The notes under the pieces were generated by a model. It worked only from the letters and a program-made list of their open reading frames with translations. It did no database searches and had not been told where the DNA came from. Position numbers and translations under genes: made by a program. A stretch of DNA of 63,901 nt, filler included, from Reclinomonas americana ATCC 50394 (Eukaryota): the NCBI GenBank assembly GCA_048213135.1. It is 19 parts of 19 records of this genome, joined end to end, with 100 filler letters (N's around TTAATTAATTAA, not from the genome) between each part and the next. Parts side by side here need not be neighbours in the genome. Positions count along the whole stretch, not along the records: positions 12,170 to 17,137 come from AFZH01019042.1; positions 17,238 to 18,581 come from AFZH01019043.1; positions 18,682 to 19,720 come from AFZH01019044.1; positions 19,821 to 30,921 come from AFZH01019046.1; 15 more parts are not named here. The stretch is one strand, 5' to 3'. Shown here piece after piece: positions 12,070-24,271 of this stretch (positions are counted from its first letter, which is position 1; every line of letters starts with the position of its first letter).

Positions 12070-13977
12070 NNNNNNNNNNNNNNNNNNNNNNNNNNNNNNN
12101 NNNNNNNNNNNNNTTAATTAATTAANNNNNNNNNNNNNNNNNNNNNNNNNNNNNNNNNNNNNNNNNNNNTGCCCTCTCTTGCTCTCACTCTTTCTCCCTC
12201 CCGTTGTCTTCTTCGCATTTCTTCTTTTCTTCTCGCTCCTCGTACTCACTCGTTTCACCCATTTCTCTATCTCTCTCTGTCCCACCCCGCCATCGTCTCT
12301 CTCTCTCTTTCTCTCTCTCTCTCTTTCTCTCTTTCTCTCTCTCTCTTGTCCCTCTATTCTTGTACCTCCTTCCCCTTCCCCCTCCTTCCCCTTCCCCCTC
12401 CTTCCCCTTCCCTTCTCTATCTCTTCCCTTCTCCCTTCTCCTTACCCTTCCGCCTCCTTCCCTTCCCCCTCCCCGCAGTGCTCACTCTGGCCCTCGACCA
12501 AGCCACCCTGCGCGCCGACTGGCCCCTCGTGCGCCTGCTGACCACCGGCACCTCGGGCGGCTCACCCAACGTACTACAAAAAACAGAGAATCTCGGCGGC
12601 GTGCTGCACCTGGCGGCGGCGGCCGGCGACGTTGAAGTGTGCAGTCTGGTGGTGGAGACCGATCCGGCGACCGTCAGGTGGCGCAGCCACGGCGACGGCC
12701 TGCTGGCGGCGCATCTGGCGGCGCAGGGCGGCCACCACAATGTGCTGCAGTATCTGCTCTCCCTCGACTCGTCCACGGCCTCGGCACGCGCCGACTCGAA
12801 TGGCTTCTTGCCGATTCACTGTGCGGTGACGGCCAACAGTGTGGAGTGCGTCGATCTGTTGCTGACCACGGATCCCGAGTGTGGTCTCGGGCGTGATCGG
12901 TCGTACGGAATGACGCCGATGCATATTGCGGCGCATCACGGGCATGCGAGAGTGATTGAGCGGTTATTGGAGGTGAGCGGGAGGGGAGAAGGGAGAGGGG
13001 GGGAGGGAGGGAAAGGGGGAAGGAGAAGGGTTTGGGTGTCTGCGTTGCTATCCCTCCTTTCTCTATCCTTGTCCCTCTCACTCTTTTCTCCATTCTCGAC
13101 AATTATTGATTGCTGTATCCCTATTCATCCCTTTTCCGTTCTCATTCTTCCTTGCGCTTCTTCCTCTCTGGGCCGTTCGCTCTTTCCCTTCATCTCTTTC
13201 TCCCTTCTTCCCTTCCCCTCCTTCTCCCTTTCCCCCTCCTTCTCCCTTTCCCCCTCCTTCTCCCTTCCCCCCCCCCCTCCCTCCTCCCATTCTCCTCATT
13301 CTTCCCCCACTCACCCCCTTCCCTATCTTCGCAGTCCACCGGCCGCGCCGGCACGGAATCCTGCGACCGCCAACTCTTCCTGCCCATCCACCTGGCGGCA
13401 CTGGCCGGCAAGGAAGACGCATGCCGCGCACTGCTCGCCGTCAACCCCAACACCGCCATGGCGTGCGGCGTCGGTGCCGTGTCGCCGCTGCATCTGGCCG
13501 CCGCGCAAGGCCACCTCGGACCCGTGCAACTGCTGACGGAAGCGTGCCCGCAGGCGGTTCACATGCGCGACGACGAGCAGCGATGGCTGCCGCTGCACTT
13601 TGCCGCTTTCAACGGTGCGACGAGTGTGTGCGAGCGATTGCTGTCTCTCGATCCGTCCACGGCGCTCGTGAGGGCGAACGATGGATCGTTGCGTGGATGG
13701 GAGGAGAGGGAGAGGTGGAAAGAGAAGAATGCTCATTCTTTCTCTCTATCCCGCCCACAGACTACCGGTGCACTTGGCCGCTGTCAAGGGTCACGTCTCG
13801 ACGGTGAACTGCTTGGTGACTGCCGCTCCCGATTCACTGGCCGTGCGCAGCGACGCGGGCACACCATTAGAGGTGGCACACCAGGCGCACCAGGATGCCG
13901 TCGTGCAGCTGTTGCATCGCACGGCCACTGCTCGATTGTTGCGTGGTGTTGTCGGGATTGTGGTGGTTGTTGAATGA
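6825..13977 (+). CDS. STAND NACHT NTPase with C-terminal ankyrin repeats (NLR-like); many exons, at least one exon probably lost in gap 12070-12169
   Basis: VPL..ALELVHTFLDS-FLRVVGLPGSGKTT (Walker A, ~8730-8772), YVIAIDD (Walker B), ISS, LRPLTDDQV, PLTLTLIV, FGFVHDSFLDYLVA (NACHT winged-helix motif), then about 9 ankyrin repeats (LHLAAAAG, TPMHIAAHHGH, SPLHLAAAQGH, LPVHLAAVKGH) at 12479-13977. Confidence 0.8.
7211..7820 (+). repeat. Intronic array with conserved AGTCGCTGCGCTTCGCTCGCTCC core (locus 1, NACHT gene)
   Basis: About 8 near-identical cores separated by ~45-90 nt spacers. Confidence 0.9.
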
Positions 13978-14189
13978 TGCTGACATGCTGTTGTATTGTG
14001 TGCTCGCAGCCGTGTGTGACGAGCCACGAGAATTAGTTTTTTGTTCATCGTTGTTTGTTTGTTGTTGTGTAATATTGGTCGTCGATGGGCATTAAAGCCC
14101 ACCTGTCAACATAACCGAGTATGTGGGAGGAGGGTGACGTTTGGTGTGGCGTGGATTGTGCACAGGGAGTTCTTTGTGCTCTCAGTCTG

Positions 14190-14580
14190 CGTTTGGTGGC
14201 GAGGGAGATCCTGGAGACTGTTGGAAGCAAGCATTTGGAGACGGTGGCAAGATTCTATGCTGGGCGAGATTGTGCGTGAGATCACGCGCCAGGCGAGACG
14301 CGCACCACCTCGGTGGCACTGCAGTTGCAGATGGTGGCGGGAGATTCTGGATACAAGACTGTTGGCAGCTGGCTTCCGACACGGTGCCCGGTGAGGGACA
14401 CTCTGCCTCAGTGGCACTGCGACTGCAGCAGCAGATGGTGGCGAGGGACATCTTGGATCGAAGACAGTTGGAGGCTGGCGATTGGAGACGGCGGCATGAA
14501 CATGCGCCAGGCGAGAGATGCAACACCGCAGAAGCAGATGGTGGCGACGAGCTGCTGGATGGAAGGCTGTTGGCCATGCA
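14190..14580. repeat. Diverged intergenic tandem repeat
   Basis: Recurrent (GCAGAT)GGTGGCG.GG.A.AT..TGGA and CGCCAGGCGAGA segments. Confidence 0.6.
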
Positions 14581-14990
14581 AGAGACGCACCACCTCGGAG
14601 ATTGAGGCGGACCCGCTTGGGCTTTCCGTAATCCAATGGAATACCAGTCTAGTCGCCTTGCAGAGAGTGCCGCCGAAAGCAGTTGCAGATATCGAAAAAG
14701 ACCCAAACTGCAAAACCCCCAGTCCAGTCGGCCGCTCACCTCGTACACCCTCTCCACCCATCGCCACAGTACGCACCTTACACAATCAAAAGCACAGCGA
14801 GTCCGAAAAAGGGACCACGCGCAGTTTTGGCGCGAAATTTCGCGTGCGACTCGCCCCACCTCTCTTGTCGCATGCTCGTGAGAATACGTCGCCACTAAGA
14901 CAGCAACGCACTCAAGCAACGAACAGACACACACTCTGTCTCTCACACTCACCAACAACAACAAAAGAGGAAGCAACAATCGATCAGACA

Positions 14991-15302
14991 ATGAGGTGCG
15001 ATAAAGAGAGAGAGAGAAGAGAGATCGAATATCAGTCACTCTCACCCGCCCCCCCCCCCCCCACTCTCTCACACACAGTGTGTCTCTCACAGTGTGTGTG
15101 CGTGCTCTCTTTGTCATGCTTATTGTGTGTCTTTGTTTGTCTCTTTGTGTTCTCTTTGCGCTCTTTCTCGCAGTCTTCTCTCTCTCTCACACACACACAC
15201 ACACACTGCTGAGCTCCTCTCTCTCTCTCTCTGTGCCTCTCTCTCTGTGTGTCTGTGTGTGTGAGACAGAGAAGAGGTATTCTGTGTTCGCATCTGTTGG
15301 AT

Positions 15303-15339
<37 letters not shown>

Positions 15340-17366
15340 CCTCCTCACTCCTCCTCCTCACTCCTCCTCTCTCTCTCTCTCCCACTTCTATCCCTCCTCA
15401 CCTTCCCGTTCCTTCTCACCCTTACCCTCCTTCTCTCCTCCCTCCTCTCTCTCTCTCACCTCCCTTTTCCCTCCCTTTCCTCCTCTCTCTCTCTCTCAGC
15501 ACCGTGGAAGGCCCGACGTCGCCTAAACCGCCACTAAGCGCAGCAGCCGTGTCGGCGACACACGGTGTGTTCCTGCTGCCGACGCTCTCTGAGGAGCGCG
15601 CGTATCTCTCTGAGGAGGAGGATGCTGCTGGTGGTGCCAGTGGAAGTGGAGTGCATGAGATGGCGAGGGTAGTTGGTGTTGGCGAGGGAGAGGGCGAGGA
15701 GGGAGCGAGGAGAGGCACTCCGCCGGTGGATGATGCCGCGGGCACGGTGAACTTTGATGAGGAGCCGGCGGGTGAGTTGGAGAGGGGAGAGTGGGGATGA
15801 TCGGTCTCTGAAACACCATGTTCACTGGGCGTTCGTCTGCCTCAGACTATTGCACAACGCCTTACTTCACTCGTTTCTCATTCCCTTTATGCCCTGCCTT
15901 TGAGTCACCCTTACCTTTTGCGTTCGTACGCGCCAGACTGTTGTCCAACGTCTTGCACCCTCCGTCACTTCCTGTTTTCTTTGTGCCCTTCGTTTGAGTC
16001 AGCCTTACTTTTTGCGTCCGTCTGCCTCAGACTGTTGTCCAACGCCTTACTCTCTCTCTCTCTTTCACTTGCTGTCTTTCTTATGTCCTTCGTTTGAGTC
16101 GCCTTTGGCGTCCGTCTGCCTCAGGACTCTCTTTCTCTTTGACACAACTCTTTAACTCACTGTCTCCTCATTCCGTTTATGCTCTGCTGTTTGTCCCCCA
16201 CCCTTGCTCTCACTCCTTTCGACTGCCCGTGAGTCGCTTCTTCGCTTGGCGTCTCTTTCTCTTTGTCCCGTTCCTCTCCGCTGCTGCCCTCACTTTCTTC
16301 TTCTCTCGCTTTCTTCTCGTTCCATTGTGCCCTTCCCTGCGTCTCAACCTCCACTCCTTCTGATCCTCACAAATGCCTTCTTTCTTCCTCTTTCTCAATG
16401 CTCACATATTCATGGAGCTCTCTCTCTCCCCTTTCCTCTTGCCTCCACTCCTCTCCTCTCTCCACCTTCCACTCTATGTTGTCCGCGACGAGTTCCCCAT
16501 CATGGCAATCATTGTCAGTTTGCTCTCCACTTGTCCTCTTTCTCCCGCGCTCTTTTTGTGCTCTGATGTCACGCACTGACGATGTGGACTCGTGGCACTC
16601 AGATGGCGAACACTCGTCGTCGTCGGAAGAGGGCGAGGTGGCAATCGGCTCTGGTCTGCTGGATCTCGGCCAGGGTGAGTTGTCTGGCGTGAACTTCTTC
16701 GCTGCTCTCTCTTCGCATCGCTGATGCACGTGCTCGCAGAGGACGACGAGGGATCGGTGGAGTACAAGTGGTCGCTCGCTGGCGACATTACCGAGGAGCG
16801 TTTTGAGCGTCTCGTCACGCAGATGAAGTACAGGTGGATTGATTGGTGCAACTCACGTGCGCATCACGGTGCATGACGGCTCACATTATTTGACAACACA
16901 GGCTCACCGAGGGCCAGGGAGAGTGCCTGTACGAGCTGGGCGTGGAGGATTCGGGTTTCCCGAAGGGGTGAGCTGGGTGGCAGTCACTCACACTTGCACT
17001 GCATATTTTTTGTCGCTCGCTGCATGCTCCCTCCCATACCCCCATCGATAAGATCGCGCGAACGGGAACGCGCGGGAACAGTGTCCCATTATTGTTCCTG
17101 TCCTCTCTCTCTCTCTTCTCTCTCTCTTCTCATTCACNNNNNNNNNNNNNNNNNNNNNNNNNNNNNNNNNNNNNNNNNNNNTTAATTAATTAANNNNNNN
17201 NNNNNNNNNNNNNNNNNNNNNNNNNNNNNNNNNNNNNCGTACTACTTTTATTTTCGTTTCGTTCCGTCCGTCGTCGCTACGTCTCCTCCCTACCCTACCC
17301 TACCCTACCTACGTACGTAGTACGCGCGACGGACGGACGGACGGCGGACGGACGACGTCGTCTACT

Positions 17367-17423
<57 letters not shown>

Positions 17424-19237
17424 CAACCTGTCTTTCCGTTCGCTGAGAGACAAGACTCACACTGCTTGCCTTCGCTCGCTCCTCTTGAATCTTCTCGTTC
17501 CTCGCTCTTTGCCTTCACAAGAGAGCCGATCCGATCAAAAGTCGATGCGCTTCGCAAGCTCCCTTTAGATTCTTTCAGTCGTGACCAGACTAGTCGCTGC
17601 GCTCGCTTCGCTCGCTCGCTCCCGTTTTGTTCTCTCAGCTGCGACCGTCTACCTTCACCTCGTTCAGTGCCGAGTCGCTGCGCTTCGCTCGCTCCTCGTC
17701 ACCCTTTTTTCCATGCAGAAGTGAGTCTGTTCTTGCAAAGTCGCTGCGCTCGCTTCGCTTCGCTCGCTCCATTTTATTCTCTGTGTCGCGATCGTATTCC
17801 TTCATCTCTCTCACTCTCTGACCTTGCTGAGTGGCTGCGCTTCGCTCGCTCCTGTTCAATCTTTTCTTTTCATGCAGAAGAGAATCTGTCCTGTCATTGT
17901 CGCTGCGCTCGCTTCGCTCGCTCGCTCCATTTTATTCTCTGTGTCGCGATCGTTTACCTTCATCTTTTCACTCTCTGAACTTGCTGAGTTGCTGCGCTTC
18001 GCTCGTTCCTGTTCTCATGAACAAGAGAGTCTGCCCTTCCAAAGTCGCTTCGCTCGCTCGCTCCCATTTATTTCTCTCCGTCAACCAACCGCCTTTTCCA
18101 TTCCTATCACTCTCTGTGAGCTGAGTCGCTGCGCTTCGCTCGCTCCACTTCAATCCTATATTTCATTTCCGTTACCTGCAGTCCTGTCATTGTCGCTTCG
18201 CTCGCTCGCTCGCTCGCTCGCTCCCCTTTATTCCCCTCACCACCCTCTGCCCCCCTCCCTCTAGCCTCTCGGAGGCCGACATGACCAAGAGCAAGGAAAC
18301 TCTCCGCCGCATGGTCGAGCGCCTCAACGCCGACATCACCCTGGTGGCCGAGCGCGACGGCGAGCTGGGCAAGGTCGCCGAGTTCCTCGTGCGCCAGGTC
18401 TGCGAGGAGCAGTACATTGACATGCGTATCGCCGTGTGCGGCAATGTCGACAGCGGCAAGAGCACCATTATTGGCGTGCTCACAAGAGGTGCGCTGTCTA
18501 TGGCAAAGCGTGAGAGTCTTCATTGATGATGTCTGACTCACTTTCCCCCACTCACAGGTGTCCTCGACAATGGCCGTGGTCNNNNNNNNNNNNNNNNNNN
18601 NNNNNNNNNNNNNNNNNNNNNNNNNTTAATTAATTAANNNNNNNNNNNNNNNNNNNNNNNNNNNNNNNNNNNNNNNNNNNNAGAGAGAGAGAGAGAGAGA
18701 GACTCCCATTTGCTCATTCCCCTTTTTTACCCCACACAGGTCTCGAGTGTCACGGGCGACTCGCTGGACCAGATCCGCCAGTTCCTCAACCTGGCGCCCA
18801 GAAGACTCGACTGGGGCACGCTGTCGCAGGAGCCGGCCGAGGTGCTGCTCGACGAGACCTTCCACGTGACGGGCGTGGGCACGGTGGTGTCGGGCACGGT
18901 CACGCGCGGCAGCATCTCGGTGGGCGACACTCTCATGCTGGGTCCCGACGGCAACGGCCACTTCACCAAGGTGCCCATCAAGGGCATTCACACGAAGCGC
19001 GTGCCGGTGCGGCGCGTGATGGCCGGCGCCAGTGCCAGCTTTGCGCTGAAGAAGATCAAGCGGAACCAGATTCGCAAGGGTGAGAGACGAGGGGGAAGGG
19101 GGTGAAACGACAGGACGCTCACGTTCTTCTGTGTTGAAATAGGTATGGTGCTGGTGGATCAGTCGCTGCGCCCGAAGGCCACGTGGGAGTTTGAGGCAGA
19201 TATCGTCATCTTGTACCATTCGACGACTATTAATATC
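14991..19237 (+). CDS. GTPBP2: Translational GTPase of the GTPBP1/GTPBP2 family; 3' end lost in gap
   Basis: EDDEGSVEYK, FERLVTQMKYRLTEGQGECLYELGVEDSG, RIAVCGNVDSGKST, GVLDNGRG, VSSVTG, GVGTVVSGT, IRKGMVLV, WEFEADIVILYHSTTI; first exon ATG-AG at 14991 is phase-consistent with exon 15500. Confidence 0.93.
17590..18225 (+). repeat. Intronic conserved-core array (locus 2, GTPBP intron)
   Basis: Same GTCGCTGCGC(TCGC)TTCGCTCGCTC core, here with two alternating spacer types. Confidence 0.88.
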
Positions 19238-20461
19238 GTTGCGGGAGAAGGGCAAAGGGGGGAAAGGGGAAGAGAGGGAGGAAGAGGGAATGCGTGAGAG
19301 AGAGAGAGAGAGAAAGCGTCAGTGGAAGGCGGGGAAGTGAGAGGAATATGAAGGAAACGGGGGAAAGGGGACAGGGGGAGATGGCGAGAGAGGGTGAGCG
19401 AGAGAGAGAGGTAAAGGAAAAGAAAGTGCATGTAGTTAAGGCAGCAAGCACATTCTCTGTTGCCATCGGTGCTGTTGGATCAGAAAAACGTTGCTCCTTG
19501 TTTATCTTGACGGATGCTGGAGAAAAGGAGCACCTCCTACCTCTTGTGGCTCGCAGTGAAATTAGTTGAATCTTTCCCATCTGCTTCTTCTCTCTCTCCT
19601 CTGCATTCTCTCTCTCGCTGTTCGTCCCTTTCCCCTCTCCTCTCCTCCCCTCTCCTCCCTTCTCCTCCCTTCTCCTCTCCTCCTCTCTCCTTCCCTCCCC
19701 TTCCCTCTCCTTCCCTCCCCNNNNNNNNNNNNNNNNNNNNNNNNNNNNNNNNNNNNNNNNNNNNTTAATTAATTAANNNNNNNNNNNNNNNNNNNNNNNN
19801 NNNNNNNNNNNNNNNNNNNNGAGAGAGAGAGAGAAAGAGAGAGGAGATTGTGGGTGTGCGTGCTGGATCTCGTCTGTAATTGTGAGTTCTGTTATTTGGA
19901 GGCTTGTGCAGTCTGTCACCTGTTCTTCGCAGTCTGTGTGTGCGTGTATGTGAGAGAGAGAGAGAGAGATACAGTGTGCTCGATCTCGTGCGTTGGTGTG
20001 AGTTCTGTTGTTTGAAAGCTTGTGCAGTCTATCGCCCGTTCTTCGCAGTCTGTGTGTAGGAGAGTGAGAGATCGTGAGTGAGTTTGTGTTTCCGTGTTGC
20101 GAATGACAGAGTGAGAGAGAGAGAGAGAGAGGGCCTGGGAGTGTGTTCTCGATTCCCTTCGCCTTAATCTCTTCTCGCTTCCTTCGTCGTGCGTGAGCTT
20201 GTGGTCTGCTGCTTGCTCGCCTGTTTGCTCTTTGAGCCTTGCTTTCCCTGCGTGACCACCACTTTGTTTCTTCTGTCTTCTCTCCTTGTCCCTCTCTCTC
20301 GTCTTCCTGGCCTTGTTCGATCCCCCTTGACCTCTTTCTCCCCTGCACACCTTCCCGGCGCTTTATCACGTGCTTTACTACGTCGTGTGCACGAATGCGC
20401 TCGTCGAGCATTCGCTTCCTTCTCTTCCCCATCCCTCACCATTGACGCTCTCCGCTTGCAG

Positions 20462-22468
20462 AGATGCGACCAGCCGTGTTCCGCTGGCCATACGGTGCGT
20501 GTTCCTTCTATCGCTTATTGTGTCGACGTGCGCTCACATTTGGCGGTGTAGGCGGACACGCGGTGTATGTCACAGGCACATTCAACGAGTGGAAGGCCAA
20601 GATCCCACTCAGCAAGGTGAGTTGGTGGCCTGACATGTCGCCCATAAAGTTCGTGTGTCGCTGACACGCGCAACGACTGCAGTCGGGTGACGATTGGGTG
20701 GCGTTTGTGGAGGTGCCAAAGGGTGCACACCAGTACAAGGTGAGAGACGTGAAGAGAAAATCGAAGTGAAGGCTGGAGAGAAGAGAATGAGGAGATGAAT
20801 AAGAAGAGTAGAGAGCGAAAGAGAGAGTGGCGAAGACTTGGGGAACCGTTGACCGAGTAGTTGAGAAAGATAGCGAGCAGCAGAGTAAATGCGCATGAGA
20901 AGCGGGATGTGAACAGATTGTGTGAACAGGGAGCGAGTCTCGTATGTATAGAATGTTTGGCGAAGAGAGAGAGAGAGAGGCAACTTCACACAAGCAGAGC
21001 GAACGAGTGAGATGTCGTGTCTGCACAGCATCTCGTCGCTCATGATAGCTGCACTACTGTGAGAACGAGAGATAGAATCTTCTGTTCGGCTCATTTGTCT
21101 CCTTCACAGTTCATCGTGGACGACGAGTGGAGGACAGACCCTGCCGCTCCGTCAGCAATGGATGGTTAGCTTCCACTTTCTCTCCTCCCTCCCCTCTCAG
21201 CTCCGCCCCCTCACTCCCTCGCCTTGGCAGAGCACGGCAACATTAACAATTTCCTCGACGTGATGGAAGGACATCGGTTGCAGGACGCTGACATTGGTAC
21301 GCTCTTGCCTCAGCTCTCTCACTCCATTCTTGTCTCACGTACATGGCTGTACAGCGGAGCGCCCCGACTCGCCGTCCAGCGATGCGGAGTACGGACAGGA
21401 TGAGCACGAATTTGAGGAGAATCGCAAGGTTGGCGAGCAGTGCCGCTGCAAGGCGTCTGTCCTTCTTGGCCACTCACACGTTGTGCAGATGCCTCCATTC
21501 CTCCCGCCACACCTCGACCACACACCTCTCAATCACGGCTACAAGAAGCGCATTCACGATCCATTGATTCTGCCAGTGCCAGATGTTTCGTTGGGGGTGT
21601 TGCGATGCTGTGGACGGTGTTTATGTGCTCACTTGGTGTGCGCTCGACACAGCATGTCACTCTTGGTCATGCCTACATTTGCCAGCACCAGGTGAGTGGA
21701 CTGCGTGTTTGTTACTGCATGCTGCATCTATGTTGTATTATATGTGCTCTTCCGTTGTGTCCCTCTGGTCAATGTTGGCCTCGCTCTGTCGCCCTTGTGC
21801 CTTTCTATCCTTTTGCATTTCCGTTTGCACTCACATCTGTGCACATCTAAATCTCAGCTGCCTGTTTACTCACTGTTGTCTTTCCCTCTTCCCTGTGTGT
21901 CCCTTCCTTCGTCATTGAATCTCCTCCTTTTCTCGTTCTCCCTCTCTTTTCCCTTTTCTTCTCCTCTTCCCTTGTCTCTCGTTGTTCCTCTCATCTCTCT
22001 GTCCCTCTCTATTTTGTCTCTCGTTCTCCTGCACCTGTTCTCTCTCTCTCGTCATCACGATCTTCTTGTCTCTCTTTGTTCCTGTCATGTCCTCTTTTTG
22101 TCCCACTCCTTCTTTTTGTCTCAAGCTCTCTCACACCTGTTCTCTCTCCCGTCCTCACGTTCTTCTTTCTCTCGTCCTCACGTTCTTCTTTCTCTCGTCC
22201 TCACGTTCTTCTTGTTCCTGTCATATCTCTCGTTTTACCCCTCTCCTTCTCGGTTTGCCTCTCATTCTCCTGCACCTTTTCTCTCTTTCTCCCTCTCCAT
22301 TCTTCCCTCTCTCTCCCTCTCCCTTCCCCATCGTCTCACCTCCCTTTCGTGTCATTGCAGGACTACTTTGCACTCGGCCTCACGCACCGCTACGAGGGCA
22401 AGTTCTCCACCATTCTCCTGTACAAGCCCTCCTTTGCCAGCGGTGACGACCAGTACATGGACACGTGA
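20462..22468 (+). CDS. PRKAB: AMPK/SNF1 beta subunit (CBM48 + ASC domain); N-terminus missing
   Basis: PAVFRWPYG-GHAVYVTGTFNEW, GAHQYK-FIVDDEW, GNINNFLDV, PPFLPPHL, DPLILPVPDHVTLGH, THRYEGKFSTILLYKP. Confidence 0.95.
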
Positions 22469-22727
22469 GGAGGCGTTGCGTGTCGTGGACCGCAGCACAT
22501 ACACACAGCACCTGCGGCAGCGGTGGTGGTGTTGGTGGTGTTTGCGATAGCAACTCTGTTTGGCCTGCTCCGGTGATTGTAAAATCGATAAGGAATCGTT
22601 CGTAAGATGATCTAAAGGGTGTGGGAGCAGGTGGGTGGAGTGCTTAGCAACTCCAACAGCAGGCTCGTCCATAACTCTCTCTCTCTCTCTCGCTTCGCGC
22701 TTTCTCTCATTTTTCAAGCATGCAAAC

Positions 22728-23590
22728 AATTCCCTGATATCGCCACTAAGAAATTCCACTTCGCAGCTGCTCACTCCACAGCGCAATACAACGCAACTAC
22801 GCAGCTCTCTGTAATTGCAAAAAAAAAAAAGGCCAGAGCTGGCATTACAATTCGACGATGATTGCGTCCGTTTCGCCCCTCGATTTTCACTCTTTGCGCG
22901 AGAGAGGAACGATCACACAAAGAAACACCCTCATTCACACAAGTGATGTTACGATCCTCCAGTGGCGCCACTTTCTCCTCTGCCTCCTCAGCCAGCATTG
23001 CATCTGTACGGTACAATTCACTGATATTGCCTTTGAGAAGTTCCACTTTGTTGCTGCTCACTCCACAAGTGAATACAATACAACTACGCAGTTCTTTGTA
23101 ATTGCAAAAAGAAAGGCCAGCGTTGCTGCAACTCTCTCATTACAATTCGACGATGATTGCGTCCGTTTCGCCCCTCGATTTTCACTCTTTGCGCGAGAGA
23201 GGAACGATCACACAAAGAAACTCCCTCTTTTCTCGAGAAGTGATGTTACGATCCTCCAGTGGCACCACCTCCTCCTCTGCCTCCTCAGCAGCAGCAGCAT
23301 TGCATTTTGTACGATACAATTCACTGATATTGCCACTTAGAAATTCCACTTCGCAGCTGCTCACTCCACAGCGTAATACAACGCAACTACGCAGCTCTTT
23401 GTAACTGCAAAAAGAAGGCCAGAGTTGCTGCAATTCGCGACGATGATTGCGTCCGTTTCAGCGCGAACGATTTTCACTCTTTGTGCGAGAGAGGAAATCT
23501 GAAAACACCCTCTCTCTTTTCTTGAGTGATGTTACGATCCTCCAGTGGCGCCACTTCCTCCTCCTCCTCCTCTGCCTCCTCAGCAGCAAC
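22728..23590 (+). repeat. Three tandem ~290-bp copies of the TRIM37 upstream region plus its first ~20 codons
   Basis: GTGATGTTACGATCCTCCAGTGGC at 22943, 23240 and 23526 with alignable intervening sequence. Confidence 0.88.
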
Positions 23591-24144
23591 AGGAGCAACA
23601 GGAGGACTGCGCTCTTCTTCTTCTTCTTCTTCTTCTGCTTCCTCGCATCATCATCCGCATCATGGCGCACTGGCCACTCATCATCATCATCACCAGCAGC
23701 AACAGCAGCAGGCGTATCAGAGAGCAAGTGAGTGTGGAGAGAGAGAGGGAGGGAGAGAGAAGGAGTGTGTGTGTGTGAGCTCTGATCGTATCATGAGTTG
23801 TCATGTGTCTTTGTGTGTGTTTCTCTGCGTGTGTGTCTATCACTCTGTCTCTCTCTCTCTCTGTCTCTCTGTGTGTCTCTCTATATGTGCGTCTCTCTCT
23901 CTCACACACACACTCAGTCACTCTCTCACTCAGTCACTCTCTCACTCTCTTCTCTTCTCTCTCTCTCACACACGCTCACTCACTCACTCACCCACTCACT
24001 CACTCTCTCTCTCTCACCACTGGGGCCCACTCTCCTCTTTGTCATTTTCTGGTTTCTCGCGCGGCCCTCTCAACCTCCACTTGTCTCTCTCGTGGTCTTT
24101 CTGTGGCTCCTGTGGCTCCTCTTGCACATCTACCTTGGTCCTAC

Positions 24145-24175
<31 letters not shown>

Positions 24176-24188
24176 TCTCCTCCTGCTC

Positions 24189-24271
<83 letters not shown>

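Noticed and set aside
17238..17370. Odd TACG/GACG-rich stretch
   Set aside because: At a contig edge and resembles pyrosequencing flow-order noise
22728..23520. hAT dimerisation-domain relic (ASVS..ERFS-like reading)
   Set aside because: Needs frameshifts and is better explained as duplicated TRIM37 upstream sequence
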